From assembly GCA_964550465.1 (NCBI GenBank), contig CAZJZH010000001.1, positions 107 to 64,106 on the forward strand: a stretch of DNA of 64,000 nucleotides, written 5' to 3'. Numbering within the stretch: position 1 is the stretch's first letter; each line of letters starts with the position of its first letter. A model generated the notes under the pieces. That model was not told the DNA's origin. It ran no database searches and was given only the letters and a program-made list of their open reading frames with translations. Of this stretch, positions 48,834-58,003 are shown piece by piece. The DNA is from an uncultured Gammaproteobacteria bacterium. GTDB taxonomy: Bacteria; Patescibacteriota; Patescibacteriia; JACRDY01. The translations under genes were made by a program, and so were the position numbers.

Positions 48834-49410
48834 TCAGCCACTGATTGCCTTGTTGGATAAATTCTACCCGCATTGATTGACGGTAAATAGTTGCCTGACC
48901 ATTGACCACTTCTTCCCGCCGGGTAGACACCACTGCCTCAGCTGTACTACCGCTGACCGTCACACTGTCCACTGCCAGGGCCCGGGTAGTCACTACTTGA
49001 TCATCATCACGCTTAGCTTGCTGACTGATAAAGGTATTTGACCAGTTACGCATGGTGGTGGTCATCAGCGGCTGGATGTCACGAATGTTATTAAAATTAT
49101 TTGATGAGGAATAGGTACCAAACCGCTCGACAAACGTCCGGGCTAGTTTTTCTAGTGACACTTCTGACTGCTGCTCAGTGGTCAGTGTAGTGACTGTTTC
49201 CTTGGTTGGCTGCGTGGCTGCTGGCTCTGCTTCAATCACTAACCGACCACTAGCCGTAGCACCGTTTTCGATCACTACATCATCAGTCGGCGTCGTGTCA
49301 GCCGGTTGATTATCACCCCCACCAAAAACAAAAGCTAGAATAATAGCGATAATAACCAGTGGTACGCCCACTGCTAAACCGATCAGGACTGGTCGTGGAA
49401 TATTATTCAT
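48811..49410 (-). CDS. bitopic membrane protein (possible VirB8-like/NTF2-fold T4SS component; hypothetical)
   Basis: N-terminal TM (LIGLAVGVPLVIIAIILAFVF) followed by an extracytoplasmic domain of about 150 aa. It lies directly downstream of virB4 in the same operon. Confidence 0.4.
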   Translation of the reverse strand: MNNIPRPVLIGLAVGVPLVIIAIILAFVFGGGDNQPADTTPTDDVVIENGATASGRLVIEAEPAATQPTKETVTTLTTEQQSEVSLEKLARTFVERFGTYSSSNNFNNIRDIQPLMTTTMRNWSNTFISQQAKRDDDQVVTTRALAVDSVTVSGSTAEAVVSTRREEVVNGQATIYRQSMRVEFIQQGNQWLIDGAYWL

Positions 49411-49415
49411 AGAAA

Positions 49416-51275
49416 TTATACGTTATCGGTAGTCTGTTGATTGTCTGCAAACTCTTTCTTGGCCGCTTCAATCTCCAGCAGCTGCCGTGGGTCAGTAGTA
49501 ATCAGCTGATCTTCAGCGTATGAAGCCACCACCCGAATAGCGGCGTGCTTATTACCGGCAAAGAAAATGCCTTCACCGACAGCTGATTCTAGCAGCAAAT
49601 ACTTCTCCCCTTCTGTCAGCAGGAATGTCTCCTGGACCGTATCAATGGCAGCTGGTGACTGCTTCATCAGCATCTGTAGAGCTGAGTTGGTCACAATCGC
49701 GCGACCGTATTCTGAATGCAAAAAGTCATTAACGTCCTGGGTAATAGTAGTCACGCCCAGATAGTATTTACGTGCTCGTTTGACCAGGGCAAAGATAAAC
49801 TTGGCTGAGTCCTCATGCTGCATCAACCACCAGCCTTCATCAATCACCAACAGCCGTCGTTTCTTCTCTGAGCGAACCACGTTCCAGATGTAGTTAACCA
49901 AGTTGTAAATAGCCAACGGCCGCAGTTCGTCTTCTAGGTCACGGACCGAAAAGGCTACCAGCTGATTGTCTAGGTCGATATTGGTCGGATGGTTCAACAG
50001 CCCGGCAAAGGTGCCTTCGGTATACTTCTTCAGCCGCAGCGCTACGTCCGCACCACCTTCCATGCCTTCTAAAATATCGACAAAGTCTTGCATGATTGGC
50101 GGCTCGACATCGGCTAAATTGGCCTGTGGGGTGATGTCTTTCTTCGCATACGTTTCCAGCAGCGCTCGGTCGACCAATGAGTCTTCTTCTGAGGTCAGTG
50201 TACCAGTCATCAGTCGAACCAGACCCTTGACGGTAATAACACCGCTGCGGATGATGTCATCAGCACTGGTATCAACATCCGTTGGTCGTGGTAAGTCAAA
50301 TGGGTTGACTTTCGAGTCTGCTGATAGCGAAATATTGATATAGGTACCGCCAACTGCCTCACACAGGTGCTGATATTCCTTTTCTGGGTCAATGACAATC
50401 ACCTCAGTACCCATCATCATGCTGCGCAAAATCTCCAGCTTGACCGTATAACTCTTACCGGCACCAGACGTAGCAAAGACCACCATGTTGGCGTTTTGCA
50501 AGGAGAAGCGATCAAACAAGATCAAGCTGTTGTTGTGCCGGTTAATACCGTACATGATGCCATCATCACTGGACAATTCAAACGAGATGAATGGGAATGA
50601 CGAAGCCGCCGGCGAGGTATTCATGTTAAAGAAAATAGCCAGCTCGTCACGGCCCAACGGCAACGTTGAGGTAAAGCCTTGTGAGGCCTGATACAGCACG
50701 TTACGTGAATAGACTAAGCGTGAGCCGAAAATGTCTTCTAAATCACCGGTCAGATCGTCCAACTCTTCTTTTGAGTCGGCATAAATGGTCACATACAACG
50801 CGTACTGGAAAAAATGCTCGATGCCTTGGGTCAAGTTATCACGCAGCTCTTCGATGTCGCGCAGCGCCGTTTCTTTAATCGGGTCACGTGGCGCGCCCTT
50901 GTCGCGGTCAGCTGATAGTTCGGCCTCCAGGTTACCAGCTCGCTTCTTCAGGTCATTGAGGATCAAAGCTGACTTAACCGGATAGAAAAACATCGACACA
51001 TCAATCGGTGAAGAAAAGTTCAAAATAGGCACAAACCAGCCGATGGAAATATAGCGCGGGTAGGTAATAACAAACGACGTCCGGACATACTGACGACCGA
51101 GGCGCAAATAGGTTGACTGAACATCGTACGAAGCCGGCGCCACCAAATCTAAAATCGAAACAGTACCGGAACGGTAGCGCTTTTCTTCGGCAATCACCTG
51201 CGGCGTGACTTCAGCCTGAGCCGGTTTTTTGGCCTCGGCTGACTGCTGTTTTTTATTGTTCCCAAACAAAGCCAT
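49416..51275 (-). CDS. virB4: type IV secretion / conjugal transfer ATPase VirB4 (TrbE/CagE/TraE) family, C-terminal ATPase portion
   Basis: Walker A FATSGAGKSYT and Walker B LLVIDEGWW. The overall VirB4 ATPase-domain pattern is present. Confidence 0.85.
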   Translation of the reverse strand: MALFGNNKKQQSAEAKKPAQAEVTPQVIAEEKRYRSGTVSILDLVAPASYDVQSTYLRLGRQYVRTSFVITYPRYISIGWFVPILNFSSPIDVSMFFYPVKSALILNDLKKRAGNLEAELSADRDKGAPRDPIKETALRDIEELRDNLTQGIEHFFQYALYVTIYADSKEELDDLTGDLEDIFGSRLVYSRNVLYQASQGFTSTLPLGRDELAIFFNMNTSPAASSFPFISFELSSDDGIMYGINRHNNSLILFDRFSLQNANMVVFATSGAGKSYTVKLEILRSMMMGTEVIVIDPEKEYQHLCEAVGGTYINISLSADSKVNPFDLPRPTDVDTSADDIIRSGVITVKGLVRLMTGTLTSEEDSLVDRALLETYAKKDITPQANLADVEPPIMQDFVDILEGMEGGADVALRLKKYTEGTFAGLLNHPTNIDLDNQLVAFSVRDLEDELRPLAIYNLVNYIWNVVRSEKKRRLLVIDEGWWLMQHEDSAKFIFALVKRARKYYLGVTTITQDVNDFLHSEYGRAIVTNSALQMLMKQSPAAIDTVQETFLLTEGEKYLLLESAVGEGIFFAGNKHAAIRVVASYAEDQLITTDPRQLLEIEAAKKEFADNQQTTDNV

Positions 51276-51276
51276 A

Positions 51277-51954
51277 TTAGTTGGTTTCTGTTACATCTAC
51301 CTTGGTCATGTCACGAATCGGCTGGGTAGCAGCAGTATCTGGGTTATATGAACTATAGTACAGCTCAATCAAACTCTGCGTGTCCAGTCGCTGCGAAGTC
51401 AGCCCCACGCCCTCTAAACCAGTAATGACGTGCTCAACGCGCTGCTGCAGCTCCTTGTTGCGTGACTTAAACTTCTTGTCATTTAACTTGACCACTGAAG
51501 CTGGTGAAAATAGCTCCCCAAAGCGGGAGAAAAAGCCTTTCTGCTTATCTGACAGTGGATCATATGGCACGATGACATAAAACCGCTTACTCATAATATC
51601 TCCCAACTCAACCAGTTCCCCGATGTATTTACGGTAATCACCAATCTGCATCTTCAGCAGCTCATTGGTCTGCTCACGCTCCATCTTGCGCAGCTTCTCC
51701 AGGTATGGGGTGATGTCCATCTGCCGAGATTGCACGACGATTTGAATCGGGTAGGTAAAGGAGTTGAGGAACTGCATGTAGGCGCTGATAATGGCCTGCT
51801 GTTCGTCCTCTGATTTGAGATCAAAATTAATACTGGAGACCATCAAAATAGCCCGCAGCGTACCGTCTTTCATAATGACGGTGTCATTGCGAATCTCGTT
51901 AAAGGGCAGCACCTGCCGCGTGTTTGGTTTTTTACTGGTCTGCTTGGCTTGCAT
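51277..51954 (-). CDS. VirB4 N-terminal-domain-like protein (apparent split VirB4)
   Basis: 225 aa directly upstream of the VirB4 ATPase ORF, with a 1-nt gap. The pattern LPF..I.DG..........L.V.SINF.L.SE.EQ matches the VirB4 N-terminal domain. The two ORFs sum to about 844 aa, typical of full-length VirB4. Confidence 0.45.
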   Translation of the reverse strand: MQAKQTSKKPNTRQVLPFNEIRNDTVIMKDGTLRAILMVSSINFDLKSEDEQQAIISAYMQFLNSFTYPIQIVVQSRQMDITPYLEKLRKMEREQTNELLKMQIGDYRKYIGELVELGDIMSKRFYVIVPYDPLSDKQKGFFSRFGELFSPASVVKLNDKKFKSRNKELQQRVEHVITGLEGVGLTSQRLDTQSLIELYYSSYNPDTAATQPIRDMTKVDVTETN

Positions 51955-51957
51955 AGC

Positions 51958-52419
51958 TTACTGCTGTTGATTGGCTACCTCATCATTAGTCGGCCGGTAG
52001 GCGCCGCCGGTATTGACGATCAGTGATAACTCCTCTAAATGACTTTTGTTAATCATCGGCTTAACGGGAATTTTTTCAGTCTCTTCTTCAGTGTCATCCG
52101 TAGCCAGTAAATCTTTAATCTGCTGAGTGGTCATCTCTTTACGCCAAACCATCAGACGTGGTGCCTTGAATGTTTCGATAATATTGAGGAAGAAATAGTG
52201 AAACGGCCGGCCATTGACCTTTAAAAAGGCAATGGTACCAAAGACGCCGAAAGTAACGACGGCCGAAATAATAAAGCCCCAGAAATCAAGTAAGCGATAC
52301 TCGATAAACATCACCAACATGCCCACCACCATGATAATAAATTGGCGGACAGTAATAGGGCCAATAATTTTTGGCTCAACGTCGATAAATTGTGGTACCA
52401 AAAACTTATTGGCAGGCAT
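51958..52419 (-). CDS. PrgI/VirB3-like small membrane protein
   Basis: FLVPQFIDVEPKIIGPITVRQFIIMVVGMLVMFI...: two TM helices. The size and motif are typical of PrgI-family VirB3 homologs of Gram-positive T4SS, and the gene lies upstream of VirB4. Confidence 0.6.
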   Translation of the reverse strand: MPANKFLVPQFIDVEPKIIGPITVRQFIIMVVGMLVMFIEYRLLDFWGFIISAVVTFGVFGTIAFLKVNGRPFHYFFLNIIETFKAPRLMVWRKEMTTQQIKDLLATDDTEEETEKIPVKPMINKSHLEELSLIVNTGGAYRPTNDEVANQQQ

Positions 52420-52426
52420 AGGACTG

Positions 52427-53707
52427 TTAGTATTCTATCATGCTGGACAGCTTTCCCAAAGCACGGAATTCTTCGGCCGATACAAACGGTCGCTGCTCTT
52501 TTTTGCGCTGGGCGATAGTCTGATCGACCGGCTGACCGGCCGCCATACTATCAGCCGCGATAGCCAAATAGAGTCGGTGTACCTGACTAGTGCGCCAGGC
52601 TTCCACTGCCGCTACCCGCTGACCAAAACTCTCTCGTTCCAGCAAATCAATTTTTTCTTTGATTTTGACAATAGCTTTGGCTGGATCACTGTTGAGGGCG
52701 CGGAACTCTTCTACAGGGCCAACTAACTGGGTCGGTGCGTGGACATCGGTAATTTTCTTACCGGCCGCGGCTGGAGCCTGGGCTCGAGTCACCTGTTGCG
52801 GCTTAGCCGGTGGCTGCTTACGCGGTACCGGCTGAGCGGTTGGTGATGGTACGGCTGACTCCTTCTTGCTAGCCGCTACTGAGGTCGACGGCAGTGGTCG
52901 ATCAATAAACGGCTTAGCTGGTGACTGCTGTTTAGCTCGCCGTGGTACTGGTTTGGTGGGTGGAGTTGATGGCTGCGGTGCTGCTGGTTTAGCCGGCGCA
53001 GGAGTTGGTGACGGCGACGCGGCTGCTGACTTTTTCGGTATCAGTGATTCAATAGCTGACCGACCCTGCGGCGGCGCTGGTTTGGGCTTTGGCGGTGGTG
53101 ATGACGGTGGCGCTGTATGTGTCTGCTGCTTTGGTTGAGCTGCAGCGACAGTTTTTTTTGCTGGTGGCTGGTCCGGCGGTGACTGAGTAGATTTTTTAAC
53201 CACTGGCGCTGGTGGTGCTAACTCGTGGCGCAATTCCTGGAGAGAAATTTTATGCAAAGCTGGTGATGGTGACGCTACTGGTTTTACCTCTGGTGATGGC
53301 TGACCCTTTTTCTTATGAGCAGCAATAATAGCCAACACCATGTCAGCCGCAGCCGCGTCTAAGCCCAGTCCCCCACTAGCCACGGCTTTGGTCAGCGTCT
53401 CACGGGTCTGTTGGTCTGTTCGCACACCTTTGAGGTTAATCATGACGGCATTACGCAGCCGCCGGTCAATCAGTTCCTGGTCACCACCAGCGCTGATGCC
53501 GGCTCGTAGTTTAGCTACGATAGCATCAACCTGCTGGTCAGGGTGTGGTGCGGTTGATGACGGCGCAGCTGCCTGACTAGTGCTCGCCGCCTGCTGACCA
53601 ATAAGCGAAAACTGTCCGCTGGCATCGCGGACGGGGATTTCATCAAAGCTGTCATGTGGTGCGCCTCCTGCCATAGATACTGTTTTATCGCCGCCAGGCG
53701 AAGTCAT
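52427..53707 (-). CDS. Pro/Ala-rich low-complexity protein (hypothetical T4SS-associated)
   Basis: 426 aa with a central stretch of about 200 aa of P/A/K/Q-rich repeats (PPPKPKPAPPQ...). It sits in the operon between the PrgI-like gene and the upstream hypothetical gene. Confidence 0.45.
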   Translation of the reverse strand: MTSPGGDKTVSMAGGAPHDSFDEIPVRDASGQFSLIGQQAASTSQAAAPSSTAPHPDQQVDAIVAKLRAGISAGGDQELIDRRLRNAVMINLKGVRTDQQTRETLTKAVASGGLGLDAAAADMVLAIIAAHKKKGQPSPEVKPVASPSPALHKISLQELRHELAPPAPVVKKSTQSPPDQPPAKKTVAAAQPKQQTHTAPPSSPPPKPKPAPPQGRSAIESLIPKKSAAASPSPTPAPAKPAAPQPSTPPTKPVPRRAKQQSPAKPFIDRPLPSTSVAASKKESAVPSPTAQPVPRKQPPAKPQQVTRAQAPAAAGKKITDVHAPTQLVGPVEEFRALNSDPAKAIVKIKEKIDLLERESFGQRVAAVEAWRTSQVHRLYLAIAADSMAAGQPVDQTIAQRKKEQRPFVSAEEFRALGKLSSMIEY

Positions 53708-55115
53708 TTTTAGCTACGTCAAAATACGCCAACTGACTGTAGCGGTCATTACCGGATCGCTTAAGGGTGTTACCCAACCACAAACCAATCCGCGCCGCTT
53801 CACCCTCCGGTAAGCCTAAACGGTCCTGCAAAATAGTGCTCAAGAAGAGCTGTAAAAATCGCGGCGCTGTCGGCATCAGGGCAAAGTCCTTAGCACCTTG
53901 AGCGTCTTGGCGACGCTGCAGCTGCTCTATCACCACCGCGCCAAACTGTGGATCTTCTTTGAGGATATCATCTAGCCGCTCTACCTCTGCCAGTAGTAAC
54001 AGGGCGGCCACTACTTCTTCTTTATCCGGCGTCTGCACCTCAACCAGACGATGGAGCTGCTGGTACAGCTGTTCAATATTGCCGCCAACCGTGCTGCGCA
54101 TCTGCTCCATCCGCTCGATAATCCGCTGGCGCTCGCCTTCATCCCCACGGTAGCGCTGGCGAATAGCTTCGGTCGAAACAGTTGGTTGTGGCGCTACTGT
54201 CGGTCGAGTGGTGACTGGCTGTGGTTGAGTGGATGAAGCTGGTGCTGATTGCGTGGTGGTTTTGGTCGGTGCGACTGTGTTAGCTGGTTCTGCAGCCAGC
54301 ACTTGCTCAACCGCTGTAGCTACCTCCTCATCGGTCAACGGCGTAAACGTGCCTTGACGGTATTCCACCACCGTACCATCTGCCGCCTGAGCATACTCTC
54401 GATCCTCATTGCCAAGCATGTCAGAAGATTTGTACTTCAGTTCTTCAAACAAATCAAACAGGGCTGTGACCTGTTGTCGTTGCTCTGGAGAGAGTTTGCT
54501 GAGGTTGGGGTCTTGAATAAGAAAATCTTGATACGCTAGTTGGTCAACTGGCTCAATGCCCAGTGTAGCAACATAGAGCTTAACCCAATTAGCAATCGTG
54601 CTCGTCGTTTGCCGATCATTAAACGACAGCTGCTCTGCGGTCAATTTTTCTGTATTACTCTGAATAGCTTGGCGGATACGCTCCCGGTACTCGTCACGTT
54701 CATCAACATCATCCTCATACTCCAGTCGATCACGCAGTTTCTCGACAATATCCAGCTCAGCATGCAGGGCCAAACCAGCGGCTAACGACTGGCGAAACTG
54801 ATCAAGCACCTCAGGCCACGGTAATAACGGTAAGCTAACCCAACGCAGTTGAGTGACCAACTGTTGGTACTGAACATATAACTCCGGCGCAGCTGAAGAT
54901 ACTTTTTCTAGTCGTGCTAATTCAACAATGCTGTCAGCAAAATCTTTTGCTTCGACCATGTCATGCTGTAGCACTACTTGTTGGACATCATCCTGCAGCC
55001 GCTGTAACGACTGAGATGTTAACAAACTAAAGCGCGCCTGCTGCTGGCCTTTTGAGCGCGCAGGTCGTGCTGACTGCGGACCCTTTTGTTGAGTTTTTGT
55101 TTTATTTGTCGTCAT
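53685..55115 (-). CDS. hypothetical cytoplasmic protein (T4SS operon member)
   Basis: 476 aa with no TM. Acidic coiled-coil regions. Overlaps both neighbours. Confidence 0.45.
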   Translation of the reverse strand: MTTNKTKTQQKGPQSARPARSKGQQQARFSLLTSQSLQRLQDDVQQVVLQHDMVEAKDFADSIVELARLEKVSSAAPELYVQYQQLVTQLRWVSLPLLPWPEVLDQFRQSLAAGLALHAELDIVEKLRDRLEYEDDVDERDEYRERIRQAIQSNTEKLTAEQLSFNDRQTTSTIANWVKLYVATLGIEPVDQLAYQDFLIQDPNLSKLSPEQRQQVTALFDLFEELKYKSSDMLGNEDREYAQAADGTVVEYRQGTFTPLTDEEVATAVEQVLAAEPANTVAPTKTTTQSAPASSTQPQPVTTRPTVAPQPTVSTEAIRQRYRGDEGERQRIIERMEQMRSTVGGNIEQLYQQLHRLVEVQTPDKEEVVAALLLLAEVERLDDILKEDPQFGAVVIEQLQRRQDAQGAKDFALMPTAPRFLQLFLSTILQDRLGLPEGEAARIGLWLGNTLKRSGNDRYSQLAYFDVAKNDFAWRR

Positions 55116-55123
55116 AGCAAATA

Positions 55124-57997
55124 TTATGCTTGTTCCTCGTCTCGAATCTTGCCAATACTATCCTTCAGGTCGTCCTTAGCATTCTTAACACTCTTACCAA
55201 TTTTACCCTCGATTGCTTTGAGCAGATCATTAATTTCTGTTTCTGACATACCGCCCCGCTGCAAACTTTTTACCATTACATCTTTATCCGACATCAAATC
55301 TTGCAACAGCTGTGTTGGAACGCGGTTAAGCTTAATCTGTTTTTCTAGGTCTCCACCGCGCTTCTCCAGCACCACCTGACCAGCAAGATTCAATTTTACA
55401 CTACCATCAGTCTGCAAGGCCATCATTTCGCCAGTTTTCATCTCGCGCCACATCTTTTCTGTATCTTTCTTCATTACTCGACTCGCCGCTACCATAGCAT
55501 TAGTCTTGATGTCAGCGGCATAGTACTCTCCTCGATTAGAATCATACAAATACCGAGCAACAAAGTTGGTGTCACCAGCTTTCATGGTATTGGCTGATGC
55601 CTCTTTAAGTAATTTCATGGAATCCTGTGCGCCCATACCAAGACGCCCTTCTAATACATCTCGACGAAAATCTTCTATGCCAGTAGCTGAGCCCTCATAG
55701 CCATTCAAATTCAGCATCCATTGCAGATTGCCATCCTTACCAGCACGTTTAATAATTGCCATCGCTTGACCTGTCAAGCCTTGTGCTACCGCCTTTTTAA
55801 ACTCAGCTGCTAATTCTGTTTCATCAAGTTCAGCGAAATCAAAGCCTTTTTGTTCCTCCGCCTCTAGCTCAGCTTGTTGTTGAGTGGCCCGTGTTAAATC
55901 TGGCGTCAATTGCGCTCGCTGCTTTTCAGTCTTAGCGGTGGTATTATTTGCTCGCTCTTCCAGAGTTGATGCCCAACGACGATGACCTTCAGCATCCGCT
56001 GGACTCTCCTCTAAGCGAGCTCTGGCAGCCAACCGCTGTTTTTCGAGTTCATTATATTCCTCAATTGCACCCTTATCGCGCTGTAACTCCTGATAGCGTG
56101 TATCATTTTTATACCGTGATGAATCCCTATCATACGACGCTTCTATATCAGACATTTCTCGCTCAATCCTGCCTAGGTCAGCATTCCGCTTGACTCGATC
56201 ACGCCAAGCGAGCGTACCATCACCAGCTTTGCGAACATCGCTAAACCGACCATCTTGCATTTGACTTTCACTGTAATCCAACTGCTTCTGTATAACTTTT
56301 TCGTCATCACCCATTTTAGCTGCGTGCATAGCAAGAATTTTTGAGGGCGTGTATCCTTCTACATCAGCATACGCACTATCGTATGCCGTCGCATCTGCTA
56401 TCAATTTTTGACGCACTGTCTCAGCATCATCACCTGTTTTACCTACTACCTGGTTAATAACAGATGAGTCCACTACCCCAGTTCTTAGCGCAATTTGCTG
56501 TCGATCAGTCTCCGACAAAGCTTTGCCAGCAGTAGCTGCAACTGCTAGATCGCGCTGTAACCCAGCTTCATATCGTTCCCCTTTAGCGGTGTCAAGCCCT
56601 TTGTTAATATCACCAATATGAGTCATGCGGTTAACCTTGCCTATGCCAGCTGCAAGACCTCCTTTCCAAAAATCCTCCGGATTACCCATCATGGAAATAA
56701 ACTGGCCTCGGCGTGAACGCCCCCCATACTTATTTGATAATTGCTTAGTTTTAGCTCCTGCTTCCAACCAATCTGTTTTTTTTCTTTGCTCCATGCCAGC
56801 TCTAATAGCCTGAAATTGACGCACAGGACTCAGGTCTATACCGGTGCGCTTCGCCTGCTTGCGATTGGCATACGACGCCACTGCCAGTGGTCGTTTCGCT
56901 GTCCACTTAGCCGCTGATGTCCCCCAACTCTTGGCCTTACCAATAGCAGCTGTACCTAACCCAGCTCCGGCCACCTTTAACTGGGCAGTCATGGTTAGAC
57001 CACCAACTAATAAGCCGACAGAGATAATAAAGTTAGTCAAAAATCCCGGCTCACCCGCCTTACCAATACCGGCACTAACTGTACCGGACTCGCTACCAAA
57101 ATTACCACTACTATCACCCGTCAAGCCTGGCTGGTTGAAGCCAGCCGCGCCACTGAATGAGGCCATTGATAACCAGATAAAGAAGGCTAGTGTTGGTCCC
57201 GCTATAACATATTTAGTGAACTCGCCAAACATCTGATTGGCCTTGCCCGCCCCTGAGGGGATCGCCATCAGTAAGAAGACTAGTGGTGACAGTACCACGA
57301 ATAGCCATAACATGACGATGCGAAAAGCTAGCTGCACTACCATGATAAGCATCACTACCAGCAATACTAAGAGATAGAGAATGGCGTAGAGGTAAATGGC
57401 AATCAAATCACCACGGACATCAGTGATCTGCTGTTTATCAACCGCGCCTGGAGAAAACCGCAACACATCCGCCAAGCCCACCCCAGCCATCAGGTTACCC
57501 GGGCCGATATCTTTAAAACCAGCCACAAAAGTCAGCATTACTACTTGACCAGCGTCAATAATCAGTCCATAAATAGTGCGCGAAAAGTTGACCAATAACG
57601 CCAAAAGCAAGACTTTTGGCAGTAATTTTTTGTAGTTATAGTTATCCATCCCCGGCAGAATGGTGGCGATGGCAATAATCAGTAAAATGATGACAAAGGC
57701 CATGTTGGCAACATCTCGCACCAGCACCCAGCCGTAAATCACTGTTGGTGCGTTGATGAACTCATTGTAGCTGGCCACCCAAGCGAGAATGCTAATAACA
57801 GTGACTACCATCTTACCAATAGCGCTAACCAAAAATGCTAGCAAGGCGATAAATAAGTCAGCCACTGTCTCTGTAACTACACCAGCATGCGCCAGTTGCG
57901 GCACTAACACGCCAACCAACACCAGCACCACCGCCAAACCAGCCATCGAGGCGATGGCCTGGCGTGAGCGGCAGAATGTGGTTAAGCGGTTTTTCAT
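55124..57997 (-). CDS. VirB6/TrbL-like polytopic membrane protein with ~550-aa hydrophilic C-terminal extension (TcpH-like architecture)
   Basis: Signal peptide, then about 6 TM helices, a Gly-rich segment, and a long charged coiled-coil tail. This architecture matches VirB6 homologs of monoderm conjugation systems. Confidence 0.55.
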   Translation of the reverse strand: MKNRLTTFCRSRQAIASMAGLAVVLVLVGVLVPQLAHAGVVTETVADLFIALLAFLVSAIGKMVVTVISILAWVASYNEFINAPTVIYGWVLVRDVANMAFVIILLIIAIATILPGMDNYNYKKLLPKVLLLALLVNFSRTIYGLIIDAGQVVMLTFVAGFKDIGPGNLMAGVGLADVLRFSPGAVDKQQITDVRGDLIAIYLYAILYLLVLLVVMLIMVVQLAFRIVMLWLFVVLSPLVFLLMAIPSGAGKANQMFGEFTKYVIAGPTLAFFIWLSMASFSGAAGFNQPGLTGDSSGNFGSESGTVSAGIGKAGEPGFLTNFIISVGLLVGGLTMTAQLKVAGAGLGTAAIGKAKSWGTSAAKWTAKRPLAVASYANRKQAKRTGIDLSPVRQFQAIRAGMEQRKKTDWLEAGAKTKQLSNKYGGRSRRGQFISMMGNPEDFWKGGLAAGIGKVNRMTHIGDINKGLDTAKGERYEAGLQRDLAVAATAGKALSETDRQQIALRTGVVDSSVINQVVGKTGDDAETVRQKLIADATAYDSAYADVEGYTPSKILAMHAAKMGDDEKVIQKQLDYSESQMQDGRFSDVRKAGDGTLAWRDRVKRNADLGRIEREMSDIEASYDRDSSRYKNDTRYQELQRDKGAIEEYNELEKQRLAARARLEESPADAEGHRRWASTLEERANNTTAKTEKQRAQLTPDLTRATQQQAELEAEEQKGFDFAELDETELAAEFKKAVAQGLTGQAMAIIKRAGKDGNLQWMLNLNGYEGSATGIEDFRRDVLEGRLGMGAQDSMKLLKEASANTMKAGDTNFVARYLYDSNRGEYYAADIKTNAMVAASRVMKKDTEKMWREMKTGEMMALQTDGSVKLNLAGQVVLEKRGGDLEKQIKLNRVPTQLLQDLMSDKDVMVKSLQRGGMSETEINDLLKAIEGKIGKSVKNAKDDLKDSIGKIRDEEQA

Positions 57998-58003
57998 GCA
58001 GTG

